DNA of 63,622 nt, filler included, from Stramenopiles sp. TOSAG23-2 (Eukaryota), in the NCBI GenBank assembly GCA_900128395.1. It is 30 parts of 30 records of this genome, joined end to end, with 100 filler letters (N's around TTAATTAATTAA, not from the genome) between each part and the next. Parts side by side here need not be neighbours in the genome. Positions count along the whole stretch, not along the records: positions 1 to 2,038 come from LT652094.1; positions 2,139 to 4,174 come from LT652095.1; positions 4,275 to 6,309 come from LT652096.1; positions 6,410 to 8,442 come from LT652097.1; positions 8,543 to 10,574 come from LT652098.1; positions 10,675 to 12,705 come from LT652099.1; 24 more parts are not named here. One strand, given 5' to 3'. The position numbers were made by a program, and so were the translations under genes. Within the stretch, counting starts at the first letter, position 1. Each line of letters opens with the position of its first letter. Under the pieces are notes generated by a model. The model searched no databases, was not told where the DNA came from, and worked only from the letters and a program-made list of their open reading frames with translations. Below are positions 1-12,012 of the stretch, piece after piece.

Positions 1-10
1 TGACAAAATC

Positions 11-1453
11 CTATTTAGACATACGTGTATTCGGTTGTAACAGTAAATTGTATAAGATCTTATTCCATGCATCAACTGGTCCGCCTGGCAAACAAAAATG
101 AAGACAATTAGTGTGTCCATAAAATTCAACTGGATGATTACCCCGCCTCTGTGTACTCATTTCAGTTATATCCATTATTTCTAGTTTATAAGAAATGGCT
201 TTTGATTCTTCTCTCCATAACTTATCCCATTCTTCAAATTTATTCCAGTGCTGATGTAAAGGTCCAGACGATTTATCTTTAATTTTGTCTTTTAAACATT
301 CATAACTACCCGGTATATTAGTTCTATAAATAAGTCTTCCGTAGAAATATTCTGAAAAATAATGTAGTACATGTTGAACCAAATCTTTATGAATGCCACC
401 ATGAAATCCAGCATTAAAAATTAGTATATCATCTTTGCCTAAATTTTTATGTCTTATTTGCCGTATCCATGGGATTTCCATTTCATGATAGTGTAAATCT
501 TCAATATACCCAGCCGCATCACCATCAGCATCATTCTCAGAATCTTCTATATCAGCATCCCCATCTACAACATGTTGTATCAGAACCCTATTAATTTTAT
601 GGATTCTACCATCAATCAGCCCAGATACTTCACTGACTAGGTGATTGCTTCGCAGGAAATATATCCTACCTCCACCATTTAATGCGACAACGCCAACTTT
701 TTTCATACTATAAATTTTTGGTAGCTTGTGAAATGTTGCATCAAGTTCCTCCTGCGCATATTCTGACTCTACAACGTCTACGTTAGTTTTACCTAATAAG
801 CAAATAAGTGAGTCGTACATATGTAGCAGAGTTGAATCACCAACAAAATATAACCAACGCCCAGCCGGTCTCTCTTCCGACTTTGCTAAGTATTTAGCTA
901 GCTTCTCACCATTGAGATCTTCTAATTTGCAATCATGCGGCAACCAATTCCATTCTACACTTTCTTGAGCAATACGTTTTAAAGTTGTATCATTTATTCG
1001 CTCACAAAACGGTAATGTTTGACTGTAGTGATCTATATCAGGCATTCGAAGAGATGACAAACGCATCGAACAATCATAATTAGCGTACGTTTCAGCTGGT
1101 CGATCACTAGTTTGATTCAATAAACTTATGTGCTTCTTCACATTTAGATCTTGTACCCAAGATCCATGCGTTAAGTCGCAAAAGTCCGACGAGGAGGAGG
1201 GGATAGAAAAACTCTTGGATCTAAGTGTACTTGCTGATACTAAAGATGAAAAAACACTGTTATTATTGTTGACATACCAAAAATTGTTACACGAAAAGAA
1301 CAAGAACAACAATGAGGAGGAGGGGATAGAAAAACTCTTGGATCTAAGTGTACTTGCTGATACTAAAGATGAAAAAACACTGTTATTATTGTTGACATAC
1401 CAAAAATTGTTACACGAAAAGAACAAGAACAACAATAATAATGTGAAAGCCAT
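11..1453 (-). CDS. Trichome birefringence-like (TBL/PC-esterase, SGNH-type) polysaccharide O-acyltransferase/esterase
   Basis: Hydrophobic N-terminus MAFTLLLLFLFF; TBL motifs CDLTHGSWV and WNWLPHDCKL; FVGDS; C-terminal NCLHFCLPGGPVDAWN. The start may instead be 1477. Confidence 0.85.
   Translation of the reverse strand: MAFTLLLLFLFFSCNNFWYVNNNNSVFSSLVSASTLRSKSFSIPSSSLLFLFFSCNNFWYVNNNNSVFSSLVSASTLRSKSFSIPSSSSDFCDLTHGSWVQDLNVKKHISLLNQTSDRPAETYANYDCSMRLSSLRMPDIDHYSQTLPFCERINDTTLKRIAQESVEWNWLPHDCKLEDLNGEKLAKYLAKSEERPAGRWLYFVGDSTLLHMYDSLICLLGKTNVDVVESEYAQEELDATFHKLPKIYSMKKVGVVALNGGGRIYFLRSNHLVSEVSGLIDGRIHKINRVLIQHVVDGDADIEDSENDADGDAAGYIEDLHYHEMEIPWIRQIRHKNLGKDDILIFNAGFHGGIHKDLVQHVLHYFSEYFYGRLIYRTNIPGSYECLKDKIKDKSSGPLHQHWNKFEEWDKLWREESKAISYKLEIMDITEMSTQRRGNHPVEFYGHTNCLHFCLPGGPVDAWNKILYNLLLQPNTRMSK
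1191..1436. repeat. Exact 123-bp tandem duplication, in frame within the TBL gene
   Basis: 1191-1313 is identical to 1314-1436. Confidence 0.95.
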
Positions 1454-1641
1454 ATTATTGAAACCACAAAAAAGCATCTTTGCTTTAAGATATCTACAAG
1501 ATCTATATAAACAATTGATATGTATATATATATATATATTATATACACACACACAGTGCATTTGTAACTTGGTTTTCTTTGGAATAGTTTAATATATATA
1601 TACTGACTATTGTTGTTTTTGTTGTATACCTTTTAATTGTC

Positions 1642-1957
1642 TTTAGTATATTTTAAGAATACACTCATTTGATAGAGAAAAACAAGTAACAGGCGGCTAT
1701 TATAACACAGACACAAAGACAACAGACAGGGGAAACAGAAGAAACTTCTTTTCTTTTTTTAATTACTGTCGTGTATTTAATACATTTATACGTACGAGTT
1801 TTAGTATATTTTAAGAATACACTCATTTGATAGAGAAAAACAAGTAACAGGCGGCTATTATAACACAGACACAAAGACAACAGACAGGGGAAACAGAAGA
1901 AACTTCTTTTCTTTTTTTAATTACTGTCGTGTATTTAATACATTTATACGTACGAGT
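1642..1957. repeat. Exact 158-bp tandem duplication
   Basis: 1642-1799 is repeated at 1800-1957. Confidence 0.95.
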
Positions 1958-2038
1958 ATAATATATATATACGAATATTTAAGATAGATTAAGGAGCATA
2001 ATTTAAAATTGCAGATTTTATTCGCTGTTTTACACGAT

Positions 2039-2138
2039 NNNNNNNNNNNNNNNNNNNNNNNNNNNNNNNNNNNNNNNNNNNNTTAATTAATTAANNNNNN
2101 NNNNNNNNNNNNNNNNNNNNNNNNNNNNNNNNNNNNNN
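2039..2138. other. Artificial contig-joining spacer (first of 29)
   Basis: 44 N + TTAATTAATTAA (stops in all six frames) + 44 N. Further copies start at 4175, 6310, 8443, 10575, 12706, 14836, 16965, 19092, 21219, 23346, 25473, 27598, 29723, 31846, 33969, 36092, 38214, 40335, 42456, 44577, 46697, 48816, 50934, 53052, 55169, 57285, 59398 and 61511. Plain scaffold gaps lie at 16095-16166 and 40079-40108. Confidence 0.99.
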
Positions 2139-3653
2139 TGGCCAAAACATTCAAATTTAGACATAGGAGTTTTGGTGTACTTCCACTGGAAAAGTAGTAG
2201 TCTATAGTCTATTTGAATCTATTTTCTGGCTTGCTTGGATTGTATTAGGGTAAGCCAAAGAAATGTATGTAAATATATAGGTAAAGTTAAACAACTGTAT
2301 ATTGTAGCAAGTACAGTAAACATATCACCGGAATTTCTGTACGGTACAGTTTAAGTTTTCCGGTCCACCTATTTAATTTATCCACACGTAACATTTTCGA
2401 AAATATGTATATCTATGGCTATGAAATAATATCACTTAACCATGTAAATGTAACAATATTACCTGTATGGTATGCCAGAAATCCGAAATAAGTATAAAAT
2501 TTCTACAGTATAAGTCTTATTAGTATTAGGTGTGGTGCAACAATGGTAATTGTAAAATGAAAATATCCGATATAGATGATGTAGTATTAAGGTAGCATTA
2601 AATTTTATATATAAAAGTAGTGGTGTAAATAGGGTCATAATTAAATATGGCGTTTTGAAACATTTTAAACGTAATGGTGTGATGATGGGTTGATCGTGTT
2701 GACAGTAGGTTATGTTGGGATTTAATCCCAACATAACCTAAAAATAAACCATATGTGAAAACAATAATATATTGGAAACATAGTGGATAGTATTGTTATA
2801 GGTATGCTAAGTACAAATTATAGACAATTTGATAGGTATTTGTTGTAATAAAATAGTTTGCGAAAATATATATTTATTATTACATAATTTGTGGTACAGA
2901 ATTATTGAAGGTATGTATCATTCTTTGTACAAAGCATATATCAAAGTGTCTTTGGATATATATATAATAAGTGACGTATATTGTTATATTTATAAAACAC
3001 GATAACATTAAATAATAATATGAAGGTGTTTGGTTTGTTTGTATTCATATTTTTATGTTTCCAAGCGTATCCATTGGAGTCGAAATTAAATGGAACAATA
3101 ATTGGTGAATTAAACCACCGTTACCGGGACAAGAAGTCGGAGGATAGGAACTTAAAGGAGTTGAATGAAATTGTAGAGAAGAAGGTGGGATTGAGGGAGG
3201 AAGATATATATATTTTTTTTTTTGTGCATTTATTCATTTTTTTTTTGATGGACTGGACATTTTTTTCTTTCATTATTCCCTATAAACTTTGCTTTAAAAA
3301 ACGTTAAGTAGTGTAGTATATACTGAAATAGTTAAATTCCTATAAACAAATATAGACATTTGCGAAAATAGAATTTGCAAAATAGGTATAGAGAATAGGG
3401 TTCATGGAATGCAAGTACTTACATATAGTATACTACATAATTGACTAATCCTATTAAATCTAACGGCTTTTTCAAATACAGGGGAATACCATTAAAATCC
3501 ACGTATTATTTGTTGAAAAAATAAAAAATAATAAAAATAATAATAATATATATTTGTATTATTAGAATATAAATAACAAATATCTTTTACATCTAGAACT
3601 TTATATTGTCAATCTGGTTATACAATACTTCTGTATGCCTAAGTTGTTACAAA

Positions 3654-4085
3654 ATGCCTTCAAAAACAATACGGAAAGCAAAATGGGCTGATCGACCAAA
3701 TTTTGTCGACAAGCCAATTGTTATAACCTTTGATACATATTTAGGTAATAATAAATCAGCCACGAACATTATTAAATTCATCAAGAACATTGCGGCATCT
3801 AGAAAATGCAACGATGTTGGCATATTCAAGTTTAGTGGGGTCGTTGACCAATGGAATGAGCGGTGCAATATTGCGCTGCTGCATATGTTGAAAAGGAAAC
3901 AAAATATATTTTCACTAAATTTTCCTGAAGGTGAAGTCGGGCATAAAAATGCAAATCCGGTAATAACGTTTGTGAAAAAATTATTGGAAAAGGATAAAGA
4001 TGGTAAATTACACCTTTACTCCACCAGGTTAGTATTAACTTGGTTTGGAGATGTTGGAGATTTGGAACCGAGCATATACTGTTGA
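3654..4085 (+). CDS. Hypothetical protein, possibly frameshifted and continuing to the contig end
   Basis: ORF MPSKTIRKAKW... with globular composition; a second frame is open from about 4045 to 4174. Confidence 0.45.
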   Translation: MPSKTIRKAKWADRPNFVDKPIVITFDTYLGNNKSATNIIKFIKNIAASRKCNDVGIFKFSGVVDQWNERCNIALLHMLKRKQNIFSLNFPEGEVGHKNANPVITFVKKLLEKDKDGKLHLYSTRLVLTWFGDVGDLEPSIYC

Positions 4086-4274
4086 TGGTACCTTTAAATA
4101 CAAACACCATGATATTCAATATTATGAATCATTGAAAAAAATAACTAATTTACGTGATAAAAAACAAGTAACAGNNNNNNNNNNNNNNNNNNNNNNNNNN
4201 NNNNNNNNNNNNNNNNNNTTAATTAATTAANNNNNNNNNNNNNNNNNNNNNNNNNNNNNNNNNNNNNNNNNNNN

Positions 4275-4998
4275 TCGGCACTTGGACGATTGCATAATAA
4301 TGCACTTCGTGACGTACCACTTTCATCAAGTTGCACCAACAATATTAGAATTAAATATTAATGAAAATAATGCACAAACACCAAAAATTGTATTTTTAGG
4401 TATTGATGGTAGTGGCAAATCAACTATTATAACATGGTTAGAGCGTTCAGAGCTAGGAGAATCAAATCATGATACATTTTATAATCCAATACCAAAACCA
4501 TCATCACATTCAAGTACAGTAACAAATGCAAATAATGTCAATGTTGTGAATTGTTTAAATAATCAAATATTATTAATTGATGTGCCAGGAAATCCATCAC
4601 AACGTAAATATTCATGGATAAATTTAGCATCCAAGCCAGGAGTGATCATGATTGTATATGTTATAGATCAATGTGATGTATTACGATATCCAGTTGCAAG
4701 ACAAGAATTACTAACATTGATTGAAAACTTAAATGTAAATAATGTACAATGTAGTATATCGATTGTTATAAATAATAAAGTTGGTGATAATAATAATGAT
4801 GATGATGGTGAAGATGATGATAATGCAATGATTGTCAATAAAAACGAATTGAAACAATTATTAAATGATGTAAATAAAGTTATTGGTAGTAATAGCAAAC
4901 GTATAATAACAATGTCAACTATAAATAATGCAACAGATGTACAAAATTTAGCTGTTAATTTATACCCAACCATGCAAGAAAGGATAAATATTGAGTAA
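4275..4998 (+). CDS. Divergent Arf/Arl-family small GTPase, 5' truncated
   Basis: KIVFLGIDGSGKST P-loop, LLIDVPG (G3), IVYVID, IVINNK (degenerate G4). Confidence 0.8.
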
Positions 4999-5229
4999 AA
5001 GGAAAAGATATGATGTGATGATGAATTTATACGAAGCGTAAAAAGTAAATTTATTAAATTAAATTATTATAAAACTTATTATATATGGCAGCCAATATAT
5101 TTATAGATAGATTACAGGGAACATACGAAGTTCGTAGTTTATAAGCTCTCTCAAAAAAATCCGCGCTGTGTGTGTACGTATAACCACACGGCCGCGTACT
5201 CTCCACACATTTTAATCTTTTCTGTTCAA

Positions 5230-6201
5230 TCAATCATCTCCTCTTCCTTTCAAACACAAAGCCAATAGACTCATTCTAACATACATTCCATTTTCCATTT
5301 GTCGAAAATATGCTGCACGTGGATCAGAATCAACATCTTCATGTATTTCACCAACACGTGGCAATGGATGCATTATAATCATATTTTCCTTTGCAATTGA
5401 TAATGTTGCTTTATTTATATCAAATGTACCTTTAACTTTTAAATAATCTTCTTGAGTTTCAAAACGTTCTTTTTGTACACGTGTTACATATAAAACATCT
5501 GCTTCTTTTAACACATCACTTAAATTTTCATGTTCAGTAAATTCAAGTCTCTTTTGTACTTCCTCCTTTATATATTCAGGCATTTTCAAAGATTCGGGAG
5601 ATACAAATCGTAATTTAACATCATAATTCATTAACAAACGTGCCAATGAATGTACTGTACGTCCATTTTTTAAATCACCTAATAAGACAATAGTTAATCC
5701 ATCTACTTTTCCATCCATTTCATTTTGTATGGTATAAAAATCAAGTAATGCTTGTGTTGGATGCTCACCAACGCCATCACCAGCATTTAACAATGGTTTT
5801 TTTAAATACTTCGCAACACCAGGTACACTACCTTTTTCTGGATGTCGTAAAACAGTAATATCACCATAACATTCTAAACAACGCAATGTGTCTTGTAATG
5901 TTTCACCTTTTTTGGAGGATGAATACGATGGCAATATACGTACAGTTGTTCCACCTAAACGTTGCATTGCAGTTTCAAATGAGCACATAGTCCGTGTAGA
6001 TGGCTCAAAGAAGACATTGTTTAAAATTTTACCTTTCAATAAATCACAACCACCACTAGTTGCAACCATTGCTCTCATTGCATTGGTTACCTTGCACATA
6101 TCATTTAATCTTTCCCGATCAAATTGATTATATGATAATATATTCATATTACGCCATTTCGTATTTGTGGTTGATATTTCAGCATTAATTGAAGCGCTCA
6201 T
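5230..6201 (-). CDS. pyrB: Aspartate carbamoyltransferase, CAD/URA2-type; possibly the last exon of a longer gene
   Basis: FFEPSTRT, KGETLQDT, NAGDGVGEHPTQALLD, GDLKNGRTVHSL, MHPLPR, DPRAAYFRQ. Confidence 0.97.
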   Translation of the reverse strand: MSASINAEISTTNTKWRNMNILSYNQFDRERLNDMCKVTNAMRAMVATSGGCDLLKGKILNNVFFEPSTRTMCSFETAMQRLGGTTVRILPSYSSSKKGETLQDTLRCLECYGDITVLRHPEKGSVPGVAKYLKKPLLNAGDGVGEHPTQALLDFYTIQNEMDGKVDGLTIVLLGDLKNGRTVHSLARLLMNYDVKLRFVSPESLKMPEYIKEEVQKRLEFTEHENLSDVLKEADVLYVTRVQKERFETQEDYLKVKGTFDINKATLSIAKENMIIMHPLPRVGEIHEDVDSDPRAAYFRQMENGMYVRMSLLALCLKGRGDD

Positions 6202-6409
6202 TCTTCAAAAAAAAAAAATTATTATTATGAAATGAATGTTCTTGTTTTAAAAGACAACAGAGAATGTTATAAAAAAATCGCATCTGCTCATTGCTTCATA
6301 CCTCTTCAGNNNNNNNNNNNNNNNNNNNNNNNNNNNNNNNNNNNNNNNNNNNNTTAATTAATTAANNNNNNNNNNNNNNNNNNNNNNNNNNNNNNNNNNN
6401 NNNNNNNNN

Positions 6410-6647
6410 GTTATTTATTTATATCCCTGTGAACAACACCTGCTCGATATAGCATACTTCGTTGTATATTTGGTATGTGTAATTAACACATTTCTAAAAT
6501 ATCACAATGGTATTTTGTACTTGATTGTATTGTTTTGATAGGAATTATGTCTTGATATTTTAGAAATGTGTTAATTACACATACCAAATATGCAACGAAG
6601 TATGCTATATCGAGCAGGTGTTGTTCACAGGGATATAAATAAATAAC
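6410..6647. repeat. Inverted repeat with 95-bp arms and a 48-nt loop
   Basis: 6410-6504 is the reverse complement of 6553-6647 with one mismatch. Confidence 0.95.
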
Positions 6648-7063
6648 TTGGGTTGTTAGTTTTATTTAAATTTGAATTTGAATCTGTATAGAGGATGATA
6701 TGTGTGATATATGTGTATTATTTTATACTTAAATTAACAACACTACAGTTTTATTATCCTATCAAACAAACTTGTCTCCAAAATCTTATGCTGTACTAAA
6801 ATGTAGTCTTATAGTCTCTATATAAATTGAGTTAGCAGGTAAATAGTATGATTTATGACATGAATTTAAAAAAAACGAGGAGCTCATACGCTATTTTTCG
6901 TGAATTAGTCCACGGCGTGTATAATAGGCTTTTTTTTCACATAACTATAATATATAAAACATATATTATACTACGTATGAATAAAAAAATATAAATATAT
7001 ACACATATAGATATAGATGAAAACAAACAGAAAAAAGAAAAAGACGAAAAAAAGATCAAAAAG

Positions 7064-8038
7064 ATGCCGTCAATCAACGCAGATCAAGTACCAAAACATG
7101 AACATATCAACTTTTGTGGGGAAACGTATAGGATTTCCCCAAAAATGATACGTAATTCAAATCCATATAAACCAAAAGCATTATTATTGTTTGGATTAAA
7201 ATGGATTATTATTACATTAACATGTGTCTATTTCACTGAATATAATGTATATAAAACAATTGGTATTGCAATTTTAATGTTTTATGGATATACAATTTTC
7301 TTACTTACGACAATTACATTGATTGCATGTGGTGGAAAAAAATATACTTCATGGATGGCTGGTACAATGGTACCTAAAATTATGAAACAAACTGATATAC
7401 GTTTTGGAAAAGTACGAGAAGAATTATTATTAAATTTATCTGGCAAAGTTTTAGATTTTGGTGCTGGCGGCGGTGCATACCTTCGTTATTCATTTAAACA
7501 TATTGGAAATGTTACAGAATATGTATGTCTTGAACCAAATAAAAATTGTCATGATAAAATTCGTATTGAATATGAAAAATGTTTAGCAAATTATTTAAAA
7601 GATGCATCTACAACAAAACCAAATATTGCAAATACTGTAATTCCAAAACTACAAATTGAAAGTAAATTTTTACAACAATATGTGAATGATATTTCCGAAG
7701 AAGAAAATTTTGATTGGATTATATTAGGCAATGTTTTATGTGAAGTACCAGAACCAAATAAGATATTACGTTTATTGGATAAATTATTGAAACCTGGTGG
7801 TATGGTATATTTTTCAGAACACGTTCGTGATGAAGATGGTACATTTCGTGCATTTTTGCAAGATTTTTTAGCACCATGGTGGCAATTCGCATCCGACGGA
7901 TGTGTTTGCAATCGTAAAACATTACATACCATTAAAGAAAATACATCATGGAAAATACAAAATTGGACGTTCTTTAGTGGAGCATTTTTATGGACATCGA
8001 AATTTGAAGTTGGCATTGCACATAAACCATTGGATTGA
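7064..8038 (+). CDS. Membrane-anchored SAM-dependent methyltransferase, METTL7/TMT1-like
   Basis: Two N-terminal hydrophobic segments; VLDFGAGGG, LEPN, VLCEVPEP, LLKPGG, FSEHV, DGCVCNR. Confidence 0.9.
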   Translation: MPSINADQVPKHEHINFCGETYRISPKMIRNSNPYKPKALLLFGLKWIIITLTCVYFTEYNVYKTIGIAILMFYGYTIFLLTTITLIACGGKKYTSWMAGTMVPKIMKQTDIRFGKVREELLLNLSGKVLDFGAGGGAYLRYSFKHIGNVTEYVCLEPNKNCHDKIRIEYEKCLANYLKDASTTKPNIANTVIPKLQIESKFLQQYVNDISEEENFDWIILGNVLCEVPEPNKILRLLDKLLKPGGMVYFSEHVRDEDGTFRAFLQDFLAPWWQFASDGCVCNRKTLHTIKENTSWKIQNWTFFSGAFLWTSKFEVGIAHKPLD

Positions 8039-8664
8039 GATGTTAATATATATTATAGTACATATTAGAGTGCGTGTTTTCAATTTGTTACAAGCTTATT
8101 GTATCCCAATGGGGCCTGTGAGCAAAACTGCCCGGGTGACATAGGAGAGAATATGTAGATTTAAGTATCATTAATAGTACTCTATAAGATAACCCCCTTT
8201 GTGTCAGTGCTAGAGTGGACAGATAATCCTTATTTTTACCTTATTAGTAGATTAAGTATATGAAATATGCACTTAGATGTATTCCTATCAAGTGAGATCG
8301 AAAATGGATATATTACCTGACTTTTATCCGTAATGCTATTACTATGCTATTTGAAAATGGTATACATGCGTATAAAACATGTATGTGAACAATGTTTACA
8401 TCAATACAACGCATCACATATCATATTTAGATACATACAAACNNNNNNNNNNNNNNNNNNNNNNNNNNNNNNNNNNNNNNNNNNNNTTAATTAATTAANN
8501 NNNNNNNNNNNNNNNNNNNNNNNNNNNNNNNNNNNNNNNNNNCTCTACGAAGTAATATAAAATATTTTATACGAAGGTTCGTATCATAGTATCATAGCAG
8601 TTGCATTATATATTTAAAATTTTTAAATATAGAGTTCTCTTTTCTACGAATATAATATTTTTAA

Positions 8665-10430
8665 TTAAGTCTCATAAAACGGTATTCCATTTACGCTTAA
8701 AAAATCATTTGCAGTTTTTGAAGGATCTGGTTGCAATAATTGTTTGCACGTATTTTGATCAATTGGATTAGGTGATATAGGTGGGGAGCGAGCATCATTT
8801 CTCAATGGTGGTACATCACCTGTTTGAATTAACCAATTCATTAACTTTGTTTTTAATTCATTACGAAGTACAATATATTTTTCGATAGGACTATTATATA
8901 GATTTTCTAATTCCCTAGGATCCTTTGTAAGATCATAAAGCTCTGAAATACCTAATGGTCGATACACCAATTTTGCTGTTAAATTGCGTATCATAACCCA
9001 TTTTGGAGATCCTGTGCCATTATTTGACATTTCTTCCTGCGCTCGGGGCCAATACATACCTTTTGGATTATCGGGTACATGATCACTACCACCAGGAAAC
9101 AATTCACTATGGAAAAAGAAACCACCTTCACTATATACAAAGCGAGACATAGCTTCCTCCTCCTCTTTGTTAGGATCGTTTGATAACAATGGCAACAACG
9201 ACTTTGCAAAACGTACAAAATCAGTTTTGATCCCAGCAAGGTCAATCATAGTTTCCATTATATCAGCAGTTTGTACTGGAGCCTTGATAACATTATTTTT
9301 TTTTCCGCCAGGAATACGCGCAAACAATGGTACCCTGTATGGAGCGTAGCATATGAATGAGTTTGTATGAATGAGTTTGTAAGCATATGAATGTTAGAGA
9401 GTATTTTTGGGTTTAGCGGAATAGAAGTTACTTACCTTGTTAAAATATCATCTGCTCCACCAGGCCACTTTTCGATTAGTCCATAATCGCCACCAAAATC
9501 TCCATGATCTGACGATGCAAAAACAGCTGTATTGTCCTCAAATCCACTCTCTTTTAAACCTTTTAATAATATACCAAACGTATAATCGGTATAACTTATC
9601 ATTTCTAAATACGACTTTTGTATCTCATACATTGTATCTTCATTTAAATAAGTTAAATTTCGATAATGTCTGATTCCATCTGCATTTGAATGGTACTTTG
9701 GTTTTCCTTTTATTCCAGATGGGCGTAATTTGACGTGTTTTTTTATTTCATCAATGGTCCATTTATTTTTAAAATCTTTCGGTGCACCATATGGCGGATG
9801 CCCTCCACGTGTCGGGAGAAATATTACAAAAGGTTCAGGTGGATTTGAATTTAAAAACTCAATTGCTTTCAAAACCGCTTTTAAATCTCCATTTGTTGGA
9901 TCATTCGAACTTTTGGATCCACCTGTTGATAACATTGACCAGTAACCAGATTCTCCAAATTCATATGCATTCTTTCCGCTATCATAGCCAATATCATTTT
10001 CCCACTCTGACACAGATAAATTGAAGGCAGCCTGAGACAAAGCATCATTTTTCCCATACCAACTGACGTGATAACCTGATTCTTTTAATAATCTAAAATA
10101 ATTTTCTTCATATGCACGAACTAAATGAATTTGAGTTCTATGACCAAGTGTATGCATATAACGTCCAGTCATCATTGTACATCTGCTTGGGCTACATTGT
10201 GTATGCATTACATGTGCCTGTTCAAATCTAGTTCCTTCTTTTCCAAACGCTTGAAAGTTTGGTGTAAGATTGGGTACAGTATTTCCATAACTATTAAATG
10301 ATTCTGCTCTTAGCGTGTCGGGAAAGAAAAAAATTAGATTTGGTCTTTTTTCATTCAGATTTTTTTTCCCATGGCAAACAATAATAAATTTGAATATAAA
10401 GGTTATGAACAAGAATTTACGTACAGACAT
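8665..10430 (-). CDS. Secreted formylglycine-dependent sulfatase, two exons (10430-9436 and 9334-8665)
   Basis: Signal peptide; RPNLIFFFPDTLR, CSPSR, SDHGDFGG, ELYDLTKDPRELENL. A 101-nt GTAAGT...CAG intron at 9435-9335 restores ILTRVPLFARIPG. Confidence 0.95.
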
Positions 10431-10966
10431 TATCTTGTTGGTTTGATTGCAATTTCAATTAACTTTTTTTCTAATGATTTACTTTTACTCTCTCCACAAT
10501 TGTATATATGTAGAAGTTTATTATTATTATTATTATGTTTATGATTTACTTTTACTCTCTCCACTAACTAGGCCNNNNNNNNNNNNNNNNNNNNNNNNNN
10601 NNNNNNNNNNNNNNNNNNTTAATTAATTAANNNNNNNNNNNNNNNNNNNNNNNNNNNNNNNNNNNNNNNNNNNNAATAAACCATTTTATAATGAATTTTT
10701 AAAATACCTGCTGCTTCAATGGTAGAAACACTTGCACAATATTAAGGTAATATAAAATGCCAGAAAAAGATTGCCGGCTTTGCCGGCAGCGCTTCTTGTT
10801 GTTCTTCTCAGTTTGTTGTTGAGCTTGTTCTAGACTTGTTGATGAAACACATATCACATATCACACTGCAAAAGCACAAAATAAGAAAAACAAACAAAAA
10901 ACAACAACAAAAGAAAAGTGAAAAGAAATATAAAAAGACATAAAGGTTTTGTCTGACATATAGAAA

Positions 10967-11710
10967 ATGATGGATCTTGATACTAGGACTAACAATCATA
11001 GCTTTCACAATAATTTACCACTTGTTTTTAATTGCACTGCTTGCCAAGCAGCTGCAAAAGAAGTAAATGGCCTTGAAATAAATGATAACTATTGCCATAT
11101 GTTTACGTATAAAAGATGCAATAACTGGGGATTTATTAATTCTGAATTTGCTGCCTTTAAAGAGACTGGAATGGATAACATCGGAATCTCTAGCAATGGC
11201 AAATTGATAAAGATGTCTAGAAAGTATGGGTTTCAATGTTCCCATTTAAACGGTGAAGTACTACTGTACAATGTATTAACTAACAAAACACTTGTTATTA
11301 TAACAATGGTGCCAGGTAGAAATTGCTCCGATACTAAGAAGGTTGGTGATGGTACTGATATCTGTAATACTTCCTTTGACTCTGCTCTGGACAATAGTAC
11401 TAATGCTTTATTTGATATTACTACTAATGATGATGATGATTTTGGTACTGCCACAGTTGATGATACTTCTTTGGACAATATTAATACTACTAGTGATGAT
11501 AGTAATAATATTGGTTGGCTTTATATATTTATCAATTTAGTATTGATATTTGGTGTATATTTTGGCTTTCATTGGTTGGTGATGGAAGAAGAAAAGGAGG
11601 AAGAAATCAAACAACCATCAGAGAATGGATCTCATGGTAGTTGGGTATTAATGGTTATAGATATAACTGCAGCTTTGGTTGGTATCAGTATGGTATGTAT
11701 TGGTTTATAA
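10967..11710 (+). CDS. Hypothetical membrane protein with Cys-containing N-terminal region, D/T-rich stalk and two C-terminal hydrophobic helices
   Basis: 247-aa ORF; hydrophobic segments IGWLYIFINLVLIFGVYFGF and WVLMVIDITAALVGISMVCIGL. Confidence 0.6.
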   Translation: MMDLDTRTNNHSFHNNLPLVFNCTACQAAAKEVNGLEINDNYCHMFTYKRCNNWGFINSEFAAFKETGMDNIGISSNGKLIKMSRKYGFQCSHLNGEVLLYNVLTNKTLVIITMVPGRNCSDTKKVGDGTDICNTSFDSALDNSTNALFDITTNDDDDFGTATVDDTSLDNINTTSDDSNNIGWLYIFINLVLIFGVYFGFHWLVMEEEKEEEIKQPSENGSHGSWVLMVIDITAALVGISMVCIGL

Positions 11711-12012
11711 AAAAATGGTAAAAAAATATAACACAAAAGATAATATATATATATGTCTTGCTTGGACCTTGGATATATATATGTGTGTGTATATGATATG
11801 TAAATAAATTAGTAAAAAAATGAAAAATAAAAAATTGAAAATTTTGAAAAATAAAAAAAATAAAAAAAACGTGTGGTGTGTGTCTTAAAAAAAATAAAAA
11901 AATTCCTGTGTGTGTAAAATGTAAAATGTTAAAAAAATAATAAATAATTCGCGGGACACAAAAGAACAAGCACTCCCCACTTCCCACTCCCCTGACAACA
12001 CTCTCTCATTTC

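Noticed and set aside
3020-3307. ORF with a signal-peptide-like start
   Set aside because: It degenerates into AT/T-run sequence after about 60 codons with no recognisable domain, so it cannot be supported as a gene.
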